Source of the DNA: a bacterium
Lineage (GTDB): Bacteria > UBA9089 > JAHJRX01
Direction of reading: 5' to 3'
Assembly: GCA_018830565.1 (NCBI GenBank)
Contig: JAHJRX010000062.1
Span: 2,324-66,323, forward strand
DNA length: 64,000 bases
In this document: positions 18,409 to 27,670 of the stretch, piece after piece
Layout of the letters: each line of letters opens with the position of its first letter
Position numbering within the stretch: position 1 is the first letter of the stretch
Notes under the pieces: generated by a model
The model's database searches: none
What the model was told of the DNA's origin: nothing
Seen by the model: the letters and a program-made list of their open reading frames with translations, nothing else
Translations under genes and position numbers: made by a program

Positions 18409-19425
18409 TTACTTAAAGTTATTCTTATCTTGGCCTTCTTGATCATCTTCATCTTCTCTAACTTGGCTAAATTTAAAAAGAGGATTTTGGCTATAAGAGA
18501 TGCTTATTCTAATCATATTGCCTAAGTCTCCATAAGGGACATAAGAAAGATCAAGATTAATAAGACTACATTTAAGACCAAATCCAAAAGTAAATTGGCT
18601 TCCTATATCTTGAGAGGCGGTAGAATAACCTCCTCTAAGAGAGAAGTTATTAAATAAGCAATATTCAAATCCACTCTTAATATTTAAGTCATTATCTATA
18701 GGTTTACTAATGTCTATAGCTAATAGCAGCTTATCATTTAAGAGCTTAAAAGAAGTTCCCAGCTTAATAGTTAAGGGAAGTTTGTCTTTTTGGTTAAGAT
18801 AGGTCATTTTACTTCCTAAATTTAAGACAGCAAGTCCAAAAGAGAGATTATCGTTTAAAATATCTTTAGCTAAAAAACCAGTATCAAGGGCAAATCCTAA
18901 AGCAGATTCTTTTTCAATATTTCCTCTAATAAGTTTTAAATTATTGCCAAAAGAGAGATGAGAAGTAATCTTTTTAGCATAAGAAAGAGAGATGGCTAAA
19001 TCTTGGGCCGAAAATATATTACCTGTTCCCGTAGGATATAAAGAATTTGTTTCCTTAATATCTTTAATTCCAGCATAAGTTAAAGAAAACCCTAAGCTAC
19101 CTTTTTCCTTTAAATTTACTCCGTAAGCTAAAAAACCATAATTACTATCCATAAAAGCTTGGTTATACATAAAAGTTACTTCTTGTCCTTTGATATTGAC
19201 CAACCCAGAAGGATTATAGTAAAGAGAGTTAATATCGTCAGCTATCGCGACAAAAGCTCCCCCCATAGCTACAGGTCGAGATCCTACTTCTGACTTTAAG
19301 AAGTTAGCCGTGGTAGTTCCACTGCTTTTTGCCCAAGTTATTTCTGAAAAAGTGAAGATAAAAATGAAGATAAAGAGTATAAGATGAATAAAGATAAGAT
19401 TAAACTTTATTTTATTTGTGATCAT
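18409..19425 (-). CDS. PorV/PorQ-like outer-membrane beta-barrel protein
   Basis: Signal peptide, then GSRPVAMGGAFVAIADDINSLYYNPSGL, a motif I associate with the PorV/PorQ family. Lies next to a protein with a T9SS-like C-terminal domain. Confidence 0.5.
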   Translation of the reverse strand: MITNKIKFNLIFIHLILFIFIFIFTFSEITWAKSSGTTTANFLKSEVGSRPVAMGGAFVAIADDINSLYYNPSGLVNIKGQEVTFMYNQAFMDSNYGFLAYGVNLKEKGSLGFSLTYAGIKDIKETNSLYPTGTGNIFSAQDLAISLSYAKKITSHLSFGNNLKLIRGNIEKESALGFALDTGFLAKDILNDNLSFGLAVLNLGSKMTYLNQKDKLPLTIKLGTSFKLLNDKLLLAIDISKPIDNDLNIKSGFEYCLFNNFSLRGGYSTASQDIGSQFTFGFGLKCSLINLDLSYVPYGDLGNMIRISISYSQNPLFKFSQVREDEDDQEGQDKNNFK

Positions 19426-19509
19426 TGTGATTATTTTTCCTCCCTTAAACTTCTTTTACTTGTTATTAAAGCAACTATTTTGCCAATAAATATATCTACC
19501 TATCTGGCT

Positions 19510-19570
19510 AAAAACAAAAAAGCCAAACTACAATCAAGCTACTTTTTAGAGCTCTTTTATAGTTTGGCTT
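19510..19570 (-). terminator. Rho-independent terminator downstream of comEA
   Basis: An 11-bp stem AAGCCAAACTA / TAGTTTGGCTT (19520-19530 and 19560-19570) is followed on the minus strand by TTTTTGTTTTT. The loop is long (about 29 nt). Confidence 0.55.
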
Positions 19571-19735
19571 AAAGAAAAGATGAGGTATTATTAAAATACC
19601 TTTATGTCCTGCCTGACTATACCCCTCCCTTGGAGCTACTCATTTAAAATCCTAAGTATCAACCTTAATAAGGTATAAATAATTAATTAATTTTTGTCCA
19701 AAATTTTTGTCTTTATTGGTAAAAAATTTTAATAA

Positions 19736-20227
19736 TCAATTATCTTCTACGGTAACCATTTCTTGAATATTAGCTAAAATTTTAGGGCCAATGCGTTTTA
19801 CTTTTAGAAGATCTTTAGTATCCTTAAAAGGTCCATTCTTCTTTCGATAATCAATTATATTTTGGGCTATCTTTTCTCCAATCCTATGGAGCTTGGTTAA
19901 TTCTTTGCTACTGGCCGTGTTAATATTAATTTTTTTTGAAGTAGATTTCCATTCTTTAGAGGAAGCCTTTTTTCTAAGTAAATTTTCTCTGTTAGTGATA
20001 TTAAATTCCTTCTTTTGCTTCTGATGATGGCTTACTTCAGGATATTCCTCTTCAAGGTCAAGGCTTTTTAAGTCAAGGCTAATCTTTGGTAAAGCCTTAG
20101 TTTGATTCCCTTTCTTAAAGGTTTTTTCTTCTTTTGTCTTGCCCCAAAAATATCCCAGAGAAAGTCCAGTCAAGAATATTATTAAAAAAAGGAGAAGTCT
20201 TTTTAGAGGTAATTTTATTTCTACCAT
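19736..20227 (-). CDS. comEA: ComEA-family helix-hairpin-helix DNA-binding protein
   Basis: N-terminal TM helix and a C-terminal INTASSKELTKLHRIGEKIAQNIIDYRKKNGPFKDTKDLLKVKRIGPKI tandem HhH. Confidence 0.8.
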   Translation of the reverse strand: MVEIKLPLKRLLLFLIIFLTGLSLGYFWGKTKEEKTFKKGNQTKALPKISLDLKSLDLEEEYPEVSHHQKQKKEFNITNRENLLRKKASSKEWKSTSKKININTASSKELTKLHRIGEKIAQNIIDYRKKNGPFKDTKDLLKVKRIGPKILANIQEMVTVEDN

Positions 20228-21789
20228 TTCATCTCCAGCTGAATCTTTATTTTTTCTTTAGGTTGAGCTTGATAATCTTTACTATAATGAGTATAGTTAT
20301 ATTTTAATGAATATTTAAGATTAGGCAAAATATTTTGTTCAAAAATGACATTAAGACCAGTAATCTGGCCTCCCTTTTCTTTAATATCAGTATCTTGAAA
20401 TTTGACCGTGTTTTTTATGGTGATGTTTTTCGTTAGTTTATAAGTAAGGTAAAATCTTAGATAATGATTTATTTGTAAGTCCTTACTGGGAGTAGTCTTT
20501 TGAGTGTGCTTAAAATAAATATTAGTCTTTAAGGGTGAATCCAAGCCAAGATCTAGTCTTAAACGAAAATTTTCTGTCTTTTCTCGGCCTTCTTCGCCTT
20601 CTTTATTCTTTAACCCCTTAGATAAACTAAACCTAGACTTAGGATTTAAGTTAACCAATAGTTTCAAAAAGACAGTCTGACTATCTAAGATATTCAAGAG
20701 GTCACTTTCTTGATAATAATAGCCAGATAACTGCCATAATTTATTTAAGTAATAATTAAATCCCCAGAAATACTCTTCCTGGCTGTCATTAGTAACATTA
20801 TATCTATTAGTATAATAGTTAGGAAAACCAAGATCGTAATGCTTAAAATATTGATAATAACTAAAGTTAGAATTAACATACCTAGAACCTAAAAGATAAC
20901 TATATTTTTCTTGATTTTTAGCTACTTCTGTAAAGAGTTGAAGATTATTTAAATTTATCTCTGTTCTGGTTCCATATATTTCAAGATTTTTATTAAGACT
21001 GCGAAGGTATGTTCCACCTATATTTATCTTAGGTAAGAGAAGTAATTTAAGGTCGCCAGCTTCTAAATTATCTTCCTTGTCTTTACTCTTCATTAAAGTA
21101 AGATTTAGACGTTTATTCTTATTTGAGATTTCAAAGATGCCTCCTTTGAAATTTTCCCAAACTATTAATCCTTGACCAAGTTTAGCTTTATAGTCGCCTA
21201 AGGTTATATTTTGCCAATAGTCAAGTTCATGAATTTTTAAATAAGCTCGGCTAACTTTATGAGAACTATCTTTTTCTTGAAGGGAGAGATAAGAAGAGAT
21301 CTTTTTACCATAAGCGAAATGAAGATTTTCAAAGTTTTGAATTTCTTGATAACGGTGAATTTCCCTACTGGCGGATACTTGGCTGTTAAATTTTAATTTT
21401 TTTTCTTCCGTCTCGGTAACCTTAATAAAAGGCTTTATTTTTTCAAAGACCTCTTGGTCATTAAGCAGCTGTTTAAGCTCATCAATAGAACTAAATCTCC
21501 TAGCTATACTTCGACAATTTAAGATACTAATTATATCTAAGAAACTAATCTTGGGAATATTCAAGAGCTCAAATAAGTCCTCTTGATTAATGTCTAATTT
21601 TTCGTCATACAGGACTAACAAGTTTAAATATTGAGAATAAGTAATCTCTTCTTGATCTAACAATTCTAAAATATCATCTTTATCAGTAATAAGCTGAGAA
21701 GAAAAGGTTAAGTTTGAAAAAAAGGAGAAAAAAAAGAAGATTAATAAAAAGATTAAGTAACCTATCTTTTTCATAATTTTCACTGGCAA
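20221..21789 (-). CDS. Hypothetical outer-membrane beta-barrel-like protein with an N-terminal HhH-like region
   Basis: Signal peptide. The N-terminal ~120 aa are helical with HhH-like segments. The rest is alternating beta-strand-like sequence ending ...KIQLEMKW (aromatic terminus). The stop overlaps the comEA start by 7 nt. Confidence 0.4.
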   Translation of the reverse strand: MPVKIMKKIGYLIFLLIFFFFSFFSNLTFSSQLITDKDDILELLDQEEITYSQYLNLLVLYDEKLDINQEDLFELLNIPKISFLDIISILNCRSIARRFSSIDELKQLLNDQEVFEKIKPFIKVTETEEKKLKFNSQVSASREIHRYQEIQNFENLHFAYGKKISSYLSLQEKDSSHKVSRAYLKIHELDYWQNITLGDYKAKLGQGLIVWENFKGGIFEISNKNKRLNLTLMKSKDKEDNLEAGDLKLLLLPKINIGGTYLRSLNKNLEIYGTRTEINLNNLQLFTEVAKNQEKYSYLLGSRYVNSNFSYYQYFKHYDLGFPNYYTNRYNVTNDSQEEYFWGFNYYLNKLWQLSGYYYQESDLLNILDSQTVFLKLLVNLNPKSRFSLSKGLKNKEGEEGREKTENFRLRLDLGLDSPLKTNIYFKHTQKTTPSKDLQINHYLRFYLTYKLTKNITIKNTVKFQDTDIKEKGGQITGLNVIFEQNILPNLKYSLKYNYTHYSKDYQAQPKEKIKIQLEMKW

Positions 21790-21888
21790 GACCTAACAAA
21801 CTTGCTCGGTGCACCCGTAACAGCCTGCCAAATTCCATTCTAACTTCTGGATTCTGACTCCTGACTCCTGAATTCTGCATTCTTCCCT

Positions 21889-23319
21889 TCAGCCTTCATA
21901 TGGCAGCTTAACAATGAAGCTGCTTCCCTTTCCCAACTCGGTTTCTACCTCAATACATCCATGGTGTGCTAAAACAAGGTGTTGACATATAGACAAGCCC
22001 AGCCCGGTACCCTTGCCGCGGGTAGTAAAGAACGGCTCAAAGATTCTCCTGATATTCTCTGCTGGAATCCCCGGACCAGTATCCTCAAAGCTTATATAGA
22101 CAAATTCCTCAATCTTTTCACTCTTAATCCTCAGCCTTCCCTTCTGCTGCAGGATCTCACAGGCATTTTTAATCAGGTTAATAAAGACTGCCTTTATGTG
22201 GCTATGATCAACCTTAATCATAGGAATTTTTTCATCAAATTCCCGTATCAATTCTATGCCTGAAAAAATGGATTGAGGAACACCATCTAAGGATTCCTCA
22301 ATAATAACATTTATATCTGCTGAAGTCAGATTAAGGTTCAAGGGCTTTGCCATATCTAAAAGATCATTAAAATAGGAATTTATTCTTAATACCTGCTGTT
22401 CCATGCGATGCAGATGTTTTTCAATGGTCTCATTCCTGGGTAAAACACCCTTGAGAAGGTAGAGGGTGCTATTAATTACAGATAACGGGTTTCTGACCTC
22501 ATGTGCCACTACAGAGGCAGTTTTTGCCATCATTGCCAATCTCTCTATCTCAATCAACTTTCCCTGTATCCTCTTTAATTCGGTTAAATCTGTCACCAAC
22601 ACGAGGACTCCGTTAAATACATTGTTTTCATCAAGTAATGGTGTCAGTGTGATAAGTACGGGTATGCTGCCCTTTATCTTAGACAAAAGCTCAAGTTCAA
22701 ACTTGCGTTTTTGTCCTGCCTTGATGAGATGGTATTCCTGATAAAAGGTTTTTACCGCATCCTCCGGCATAAGACTCAATACTGTTTTGCCCAACAGATT
22801 GGATTCTTGTTCCATCAATATCTCAGTCAATTCACGATTAACAAGGACAATGGTCTCTGTCAGATCAAGGGCAAACAATCCCTCACCCATTGAGTCAATC
22901 AACCCTTCATAAAGATGTTTATGGGTATTTTCTAAAAATTGACTCCTTTGTCCAGAGTTAATGGCATCAAGAATTCGATTGGGCAGCACATCACCCTGAA
23001 TGTTATCCTTGGTTAGAAAATCCACTGCACCAAGCCTTAAGGCACCATCTAACAGCCGTCCGTCCTTTAATCCTGTAAGAACAATAGCTGGAATGCTCCT
23101 GTGCATCTTTCGGACATGTTTTAATAATTCCAATGCATTTGTATCAGGCAGTATGTGATCAATAAGAAGGCAATCAAACCTTTCATTGCTAAGCTTCTCT
23201 ATGGCCTCTTTCCCAGTGCTTGCTGTCTCAACGCTAAATGCCTCCCTTGCCTTAGATAGAACCCTTTTGGCAATGATGATGTCGTCTGGATTATCTTCAA
23301 TAAGCAGAATGCGGTTCAT
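21889..23319 (-). CDS. Hybrid response-regulator receiver / PAS / histidine kinase
   Basis: REC domain (ILLIEDNPDD...DCLLIDHILPD), a PAS-like middle, H-box AHEVRNPLS and a HATPase G-box GTGLGLSI. The start is moved to the ATG at 23319, which is preceded by AAGGAG. Confidence 0.8.
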   Translation of the reverse strand: MNRILLIEDNPDDIIIAKRVLSKAREAFSVETASTGKEAIEKLSNERFDCLLIDHILPDTNALELLKHVRKMHRSIPAIVLTGLKDGRLLDGALRLGAVDFLTKDNIQGDVLPNRILDAINSGQRSQFLENTHKHLYEGLIDSMGEGLFALDLTETIVLVNRELTEILMEQESNLLGKTVLSLMPEDAVKTFYQEYHLIKAGQKRKFELELLSKIKGSIPVLITLTPLLDENNVFNGVLVLVTDLTELKRIQGKLIEIERLAMMAKTASVVAHEVRNPLSVINSTLYLLKGVLPRNETIEKHLHRMEQQVLRINSYFNDLLDMAKPLNLNLTSADINVIIEESLDGVPQSIFSGIELIREFDEKIPMIKVDHSHIKAVFINLIKNACEILQQKGRLRIKSEKIEEFVYISFEDTGPGIPAENIRRIFEPFFTTRGKGTGLGLSICQHLVLAHHGCIEVETELGKGSSFIVKLPYEG

Positions 23320-23441
23320 GATATGTCTCCTTGTATTTGTTCGTCTTTTCAGATTAACCACAAAGTACACAAAGGGATACACAAAGTTCACCAAGAAAAA
23401 AATTCTTTGTGTCCTCTGTGATTTCTTTGGGTCCTTTGTGG

Positions 23442-25022
23442 TTATCTGTCTTTCTTCGCAAAGCTCAAATAAAACACAGTCCCTTCCCCAACCTTACCCT
23501 CGATCCATATCCTTGCCCCATGCTCATCCATGATTTTTTTAACAATTGCCAGCCCTGCACCTGTTCCGCCTTCATACTCATTCCGTGCATGCAGCCTTCT
23601 GAATATCTTAAATACCTCATCATAGGAATTCTTGTCTATGCCGATACCATTGTCCTTGACAAAAACCATTACCTCATCATCCTTTGGTTGAGGTATGGGA
23701 CAATCTATTTCTATAACAGGTTTTTCCTTATCATTATATTTAATAGCGTTTGAGATAAGATTATAAAAAACCTCGGTAAGCTTGGTACTATCCCCATAAA
23801 TAACAGGGATATCCTTCCTTACTATTATATCCACACTGCGTTCTTTAATAACATGCTCAAGCCTTTTCTGAGCCTCTCTTATAATACGGGACAAATCTAT
23901 TACCTCGTATGAAACCTTTCCCCTTGTAATCCTTGAATAGGCAAGCAAGGCATCTATCAGATCTTTTAATCTATGGGCACCGGCAGAGATTCTTTTCAGA
24001 TAATCCTTGCCATCATCATCTAATTTTTCCCAGTAATCCTCTAAGATGAAATTGGAAAAGGTTTCTATGGCTCTTAATGGTTCCTTAAGGTCATGGGAAG
24101 CGGTGTAGACGAATGAATCCAATTCATGATTTACCCTTGTTAATTCCTCCACCGTCTTCTCAAGCAGGGCAGCCTTTTGTTTAACCTCAATCGTCCTTTC
24201 ATCAACCCGCCTCTCTAATTCCAGATTGGATTCTTTTAGGGCATTAATCAATTGCTGGATATTATCCTTCATGCGGTTAAAGCTATTAGCCATGCTGCCA
24301 ATCTCATCCCTTGATTTCCCCAGTTCAGGATTAATGACAACATCAAGCTTGCTGCTGCAAATATCTTCCATAGTATGGGTCAAAGCCCGAATCGGAGCTG
24401 TTATCCTTGTGGAAAAGAAAAAGGATAAGACAATCCCAATTACCACTAATAAAAGAATCATGCCTGTGCTGACCTTAAGGATATTATTTGTCCTGACATG
24501 AAGGTTCTTAAGTGAAATTCCCAGAAGAACCGTGCCAATTACCCCTGATTTTTTCGTGTCTAACACTTCGGTTTCCTCAACCAACGACTTCTTGTCTGTG
24601 CTGATAGTGACAATCCCGCCAAAAAGGATTTTTTCTCCAGCTTCACCCAGACAGACAGGATCCTTTGATAGGAGTGCCTTTTTGGTTAATTCATCCTTAT
24701 AAACCCTGCCCACCTCTTTTGGATTGGTATGAGCCAATACCCTGCCATACCTATCCAATATGGCTACAAAGGCAATATCCTTGTTAAGCGTGGCTGCTTC
24801 AATCAATGCATCAAGCTCATGGAAAAGATTTTCGGTGAGAATGCCATCCCTGGCAGTATGTGTAAAATTACTGGTAATTTCTACTCCTCTTTTTACCAAT
24901 TCCTCATGCAGTAGCAGGGATGAGCTTGTCAGAAAATACCAGCTCAGGATAATAGCCATGCCAATCATAAGCGCGCTGATTAACAAACCTAATTTAATGC
25001 CCAGTTTGCAGGGTATGCTCAT
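23442..25022 (-). CDS. Membrane sensor histidine kinase with HAMP domain
   Basis: Two TM segments flank a periplasmic domain, followed by HAMP, H-box SHDLKEPL and a HATPase_c domain with GTGAGLAI. Confidence 0.8.
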   Translation of the reverse strand: MSIPCKLGIKLGLLISALMIGMAIILSWYFLTSSSLLLHEELVKRGVEITSNFTHTARDGILTENLFHELDALIEAATLNKDIAFVAILDRYGRVLAHTNPKEVGRVYKDELTKKALLSKDPVCLGEAGEKILFGGIVTISTDKKSLVEETEVLDTKKSGVIGTVLLGISLKNLHVRTNNILKVSTGMILLLVVIGIVLSFFFSTRITAPIRALTHTMEDICSSKLDVVINPELGKSRDEIGSMANSFNRMKDNIQQLINALKESNLELERRVDERTIEVKQKAALLEKTVEELTRVNHELDSFVYTASHDLKEPLRAIETFSNFILEDYWEKLDDDGKDYLKRISAGAHRLKDLIDALLAYSRITRGKVSYEVIDLSRIIREAQKRLEHVIKERSVDIIVRKDIPVIYGDSTKLTEVFYNLISNAIKYNDKEKPVIEIDCPIPQPKDDEVMVFVKDNGIGIDKNSYDEVFKIFRRLHARNEYEGGTGAGLAIVKKIMDEHGARIWIEGKVGEGTVFYLSFAKKDR

Positions 25023-25191
25023 TTATTATCCTCGCGTTACTGCTCAGCACTCAAAAATAGAACGCTGATAACGCTGATTGTTATGATTAAATAAGATTTT
25101 TTTGTAGAATGTTTATAATTATCTGCGTATATCATATTTATCTGCGTCATCTGCGTTCTATTGTATTTGATGAAACTGAGCAGTTACATCC

Positions 25192-25803
25192 TCACTTGAA
25201 TTCCGGAAAAACCCGGATCAACTCATCCATAATCTCATTTGCATGTATCTTGAACAAGTTCATGTCTGATGGTGTTTTCCCACCATACGGTGATTCCTTG
25301 CCCAGGTCAAGATAGGCTTTCATGAACATCTTCCTGACCCTTCGGTCAAGATCAAAGGTTGCAGAATCCCTCAAAAACTCAGTGGAAAGCAGACAATAAT
25401 TTGCATAACACATCTTAAATAAAACCCTTTGCTTGTTTTCTTCCCCTTTAGATATGACAGCAAACATGAGGCAGATATCATAGAATATTAATCTTCTGAT
25501 ACTGATATTAAACCCCTCACCCCTTGCCTTTAACCCTGCCTGAATTTCCGGCTTAAGGTCAATACCAAATTCTGTATTGACGGCAACCATTATCGGATCT
25601 ATAAAGGTAAGAGCTGTTTTGACATTTGCATATTTTTTTTCCTTGAAGTTTGTCAGGATTGATTCATATACCTTGATTGGGGCAACCTTTAATTCAGAAG
25701 GGTAGATGGCTGCTGCTGCTGGGGAAAGGCACAGGGGCACAAAGACACAAAGGCACAACAAAAGGATTGTTAATCTGTAAGTTGTTGACATATGACACAC
25801 CAT
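25192..25803 (-). CDS. Secreted hypothetical protein
   Basis: 203 aa with a signal peptide (LLLCLCVFVPLCLSPAAAA). I recognise no family. Lies in an operon between the porin-like gene and the kinase gene. Confidence 0.4.
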   Translation of the reverse strand: MVCHMSTTYRLTILLLCLCVFVPLCLSPAAAAIYPSELKVAPIKVYESILTNFKEKKYANVKTALTFIDPIMVAVNTEFGIDLKPEIQAGLKARGEGFNISIRRLIFYDICLMFAVISKGEENKQRVLFKMCYANYCLLSTEFLRDSATFDLDRRVRKMFMKAYLDLGKESPYGGKTPSDMNLFKIHANEIMDELIRVFPEFK

Positions 25804-25850
25804 CCAATTGCATTTGTAGGGACAAACCCTCGTATTTGTCCGCTTTTTGC

Positions 25851-26999
25851 TTAGAATTCAAACACAGATTCTACGCTCATCCCATCATTTTTAAGCTCAG
25901 CACCCTTTTCAGTGGTGTGCTGATACGCTGCTCTGACCACAAAGTGTTCATAAGGGGAAAGATTAATTCCATAGGTAATAGATTGCCTGTCACCCTTATT
26001 GGATGCATCCTCTTCCCAGGGGTCAAAGATCTCATACCTGATTGCCGGGGCAAGGAAATGAACGCATTTCCTGTCTTGTAACAATTTATAGCTTACAGCA
26101 AGGTATGCAGATGACTGGTGTATTTTTCCTCGATAGAGGGTGTCTATCCCTGCCCTTCCATGCTCACAGGCAAGATTCCATTTATCTGAGTCATACAAAA
26201 GATGATAAAAGGTAAAATCACAGCTATATTTTTCATTCTTGTCATATTTTGCCTCAAAATGAGAGCCGCCAAACTCCAATCCCTTGTATGGAGAATATGC
26301 TAATCTCATGACCAATGGCTTATCGTTATTATTATCCATTGCCTGTCGACTATGGTTATGGAATTGTTCATACATGTAGTTTGTTGTTGAGGTATCAAAG
26401 TCAGTCTTTGTGCTATCCCATCCTGGACCATTGATTATCGAAAGGTTATAAAGTAATTTTTGCGTATTTTTTACTGGTATTTCCCCAGAGACATGCACAC
26501 CTGAATCCCACCAGCCACAGGCTCGTATAACGCTTCGATACAGGAATGGGGCAACAGTAAACATTCGGTAGCCTGATGTAGGGTAATAGCTTTTATCCTG
26601 GCTGCCAATGGGCACAAAGTCTCTTCCTATTGACAGGATGAACCACTGCCTTGGCGACCATACCCCTCGCAGCTTACAAAACTTGAGCTTCTCAGCCTTA
26701 TAAAGCTCAAACTCTACCTCAGCCTTTAACCCAGGTCTTATAGATGAGCTGATATCAATATACCCACTCATGGGGATAAACACACTATGCCCGGCAATCT
26801 TAGGATCACCCTCATCTGCATAATCTCCAAATGCTTTTTCCTGGTAGTTATAGAATTGATTTGTCAAAAACACATGCAGCTCTGGAAAAGATTCATTAAA
26901 CCCATATCCCTTATCCTTTTCCTGAGCAATTGATGGTACGGCTAAGCTCAAAATAAAAGCAAGCCCCATGAATTGAATGAACAATCCCTTTTTCCACAT
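25851..26999 (-). CDS. Porin-like outer-membrane protein
   Basis: Signal peptide, beta-rich sequence and a C-terminal ...SVESVFEF. AAGAGGAGG RBS upstream. Confidence 0.45.
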   Translation of the reverse strand: MWKKGLFIQFMGLAFILSLAVPSIAQEKDKGYGFNESFPELHVFLTNQFYNYQEKAFGDYADEGDPKIAGHSVFIPMSGYIDISSSIRPGLKAEVEFELYKAEKLKFCKLRGVWSPRQWFILSIGRDFVPIGSQDKSYYPTSGYRMFTVAPFLYRSVIRACGWWDSGVHVSGEIPVKNTQKLLYNLSIINGPGWDSTKTDFDTSTTNYMYEQFHNHSRQAMDNNNDKPLVMRLAYSPYKGLEFGGSHFEAKYDKNEKYSCDFTFYHLLYDSDKWNLACEHGRAGIDTLYRGKIHQSSAYLAVSYKLLQDRKCVHFLAPAIRYEIFDPWEEDASNKGDRQSITYGINLSPYEHFVVRAAYQHTTEKGAELKNDGMSVESVFEF

Positions 27000-27100
27000 T
27001 TTTTTTCTTCCTCCTCTTAAACCGCTGAAGCGGTTAAATTATTCGGTTATCCTTTAGTTTACCCCAATAATTTGGGGCGCTGTTCTCAATTTACCTGATT

Positions 27101-27544
27101 TTACCTCACATGAGGTATCTTTGATATCAGTGACCAGTAAATCTCAAATTGTTCAATAATCTTAACAAATGCCTCGAAACCTATTGGCTTGGTGATGTAG
27201 GATACAGCACCATTCTTATAGCTTCTGACAATATCTTCATCCCTGTCTGATATGGTCAGCATGATGATAGGGATCATGCAATGTTTTGGGTCGCTTTTAA
27301 GTTTTTCCAATACCTGAAAGCCATTCATATTGGGCATATTGATGTCAAGAAGGATCAGACCAGGGGTAGGAACAGGTTCGATTTTGTATTTTCCTTCATG
27401 ATAGATAAAGTCCAAAGCCTCCTGCCCGTTTCGAGCGATATAAAGGTTGTTAAGCAGCTTGCTCTTCTTAAACGCCCGCTGGGTGATAACAACATCATCA
27501 TCGCCATCATCCACCAGCAGAATATCTATTACCTTATTATCCAT
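27101..27544 (-). CDS. Single-domain response regulator (CheY-like receiver)
   Basis: 147 aa with DILLVDDGDDD and ILLDINMPNMNG, which contains the phospho-acceptor Asp. AAGGAGG RBS. Confidence 0.85.
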   Translation of the reverse strand: MDNKVIDILLVDDGDDDVVITQRAFKKSKLLNNLYIARNGQEALDFIYHEGKYKIEPVPTPGLILLDINMPNMNGFQVLEKLKSDPKHCMIPIIMLTISDRDEDIVRSYKNGAVSYITKPIGFEAFVKIIEQFEIYWSLISKIPHVR

Positions 27545-27561
27545 GATTCATATTCCTCCTT

Positions 27562-27670
27562 TATAATGGTTATTAACGAAAACTGGACAATGAAATAGTT
27601 CCGAGCAATAAAAGATAAACTTGTTTGCCCTCAATTAATTTACTCTATGTAATTTTCATTAATAGGTAAT
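27562..27670 (+). mobile_element. MITE-2 copy 3
   Basis: TATAATGGTTATTAACGAAAACTGGACAATG...CTCTATGTAATTTTCATTAATAGGT. The left end lies 3 nt from the RBS of the response-regulator gene. Confidence 0.75.

Noticed and set aside
21683-21880. 65-aa ORF across the island border
   Set aside because: It overlaps the 5-prime end of the 20221..21789 gene and the heptamer repeat CTGACTC CTGACTC. No coding signal is apparent.
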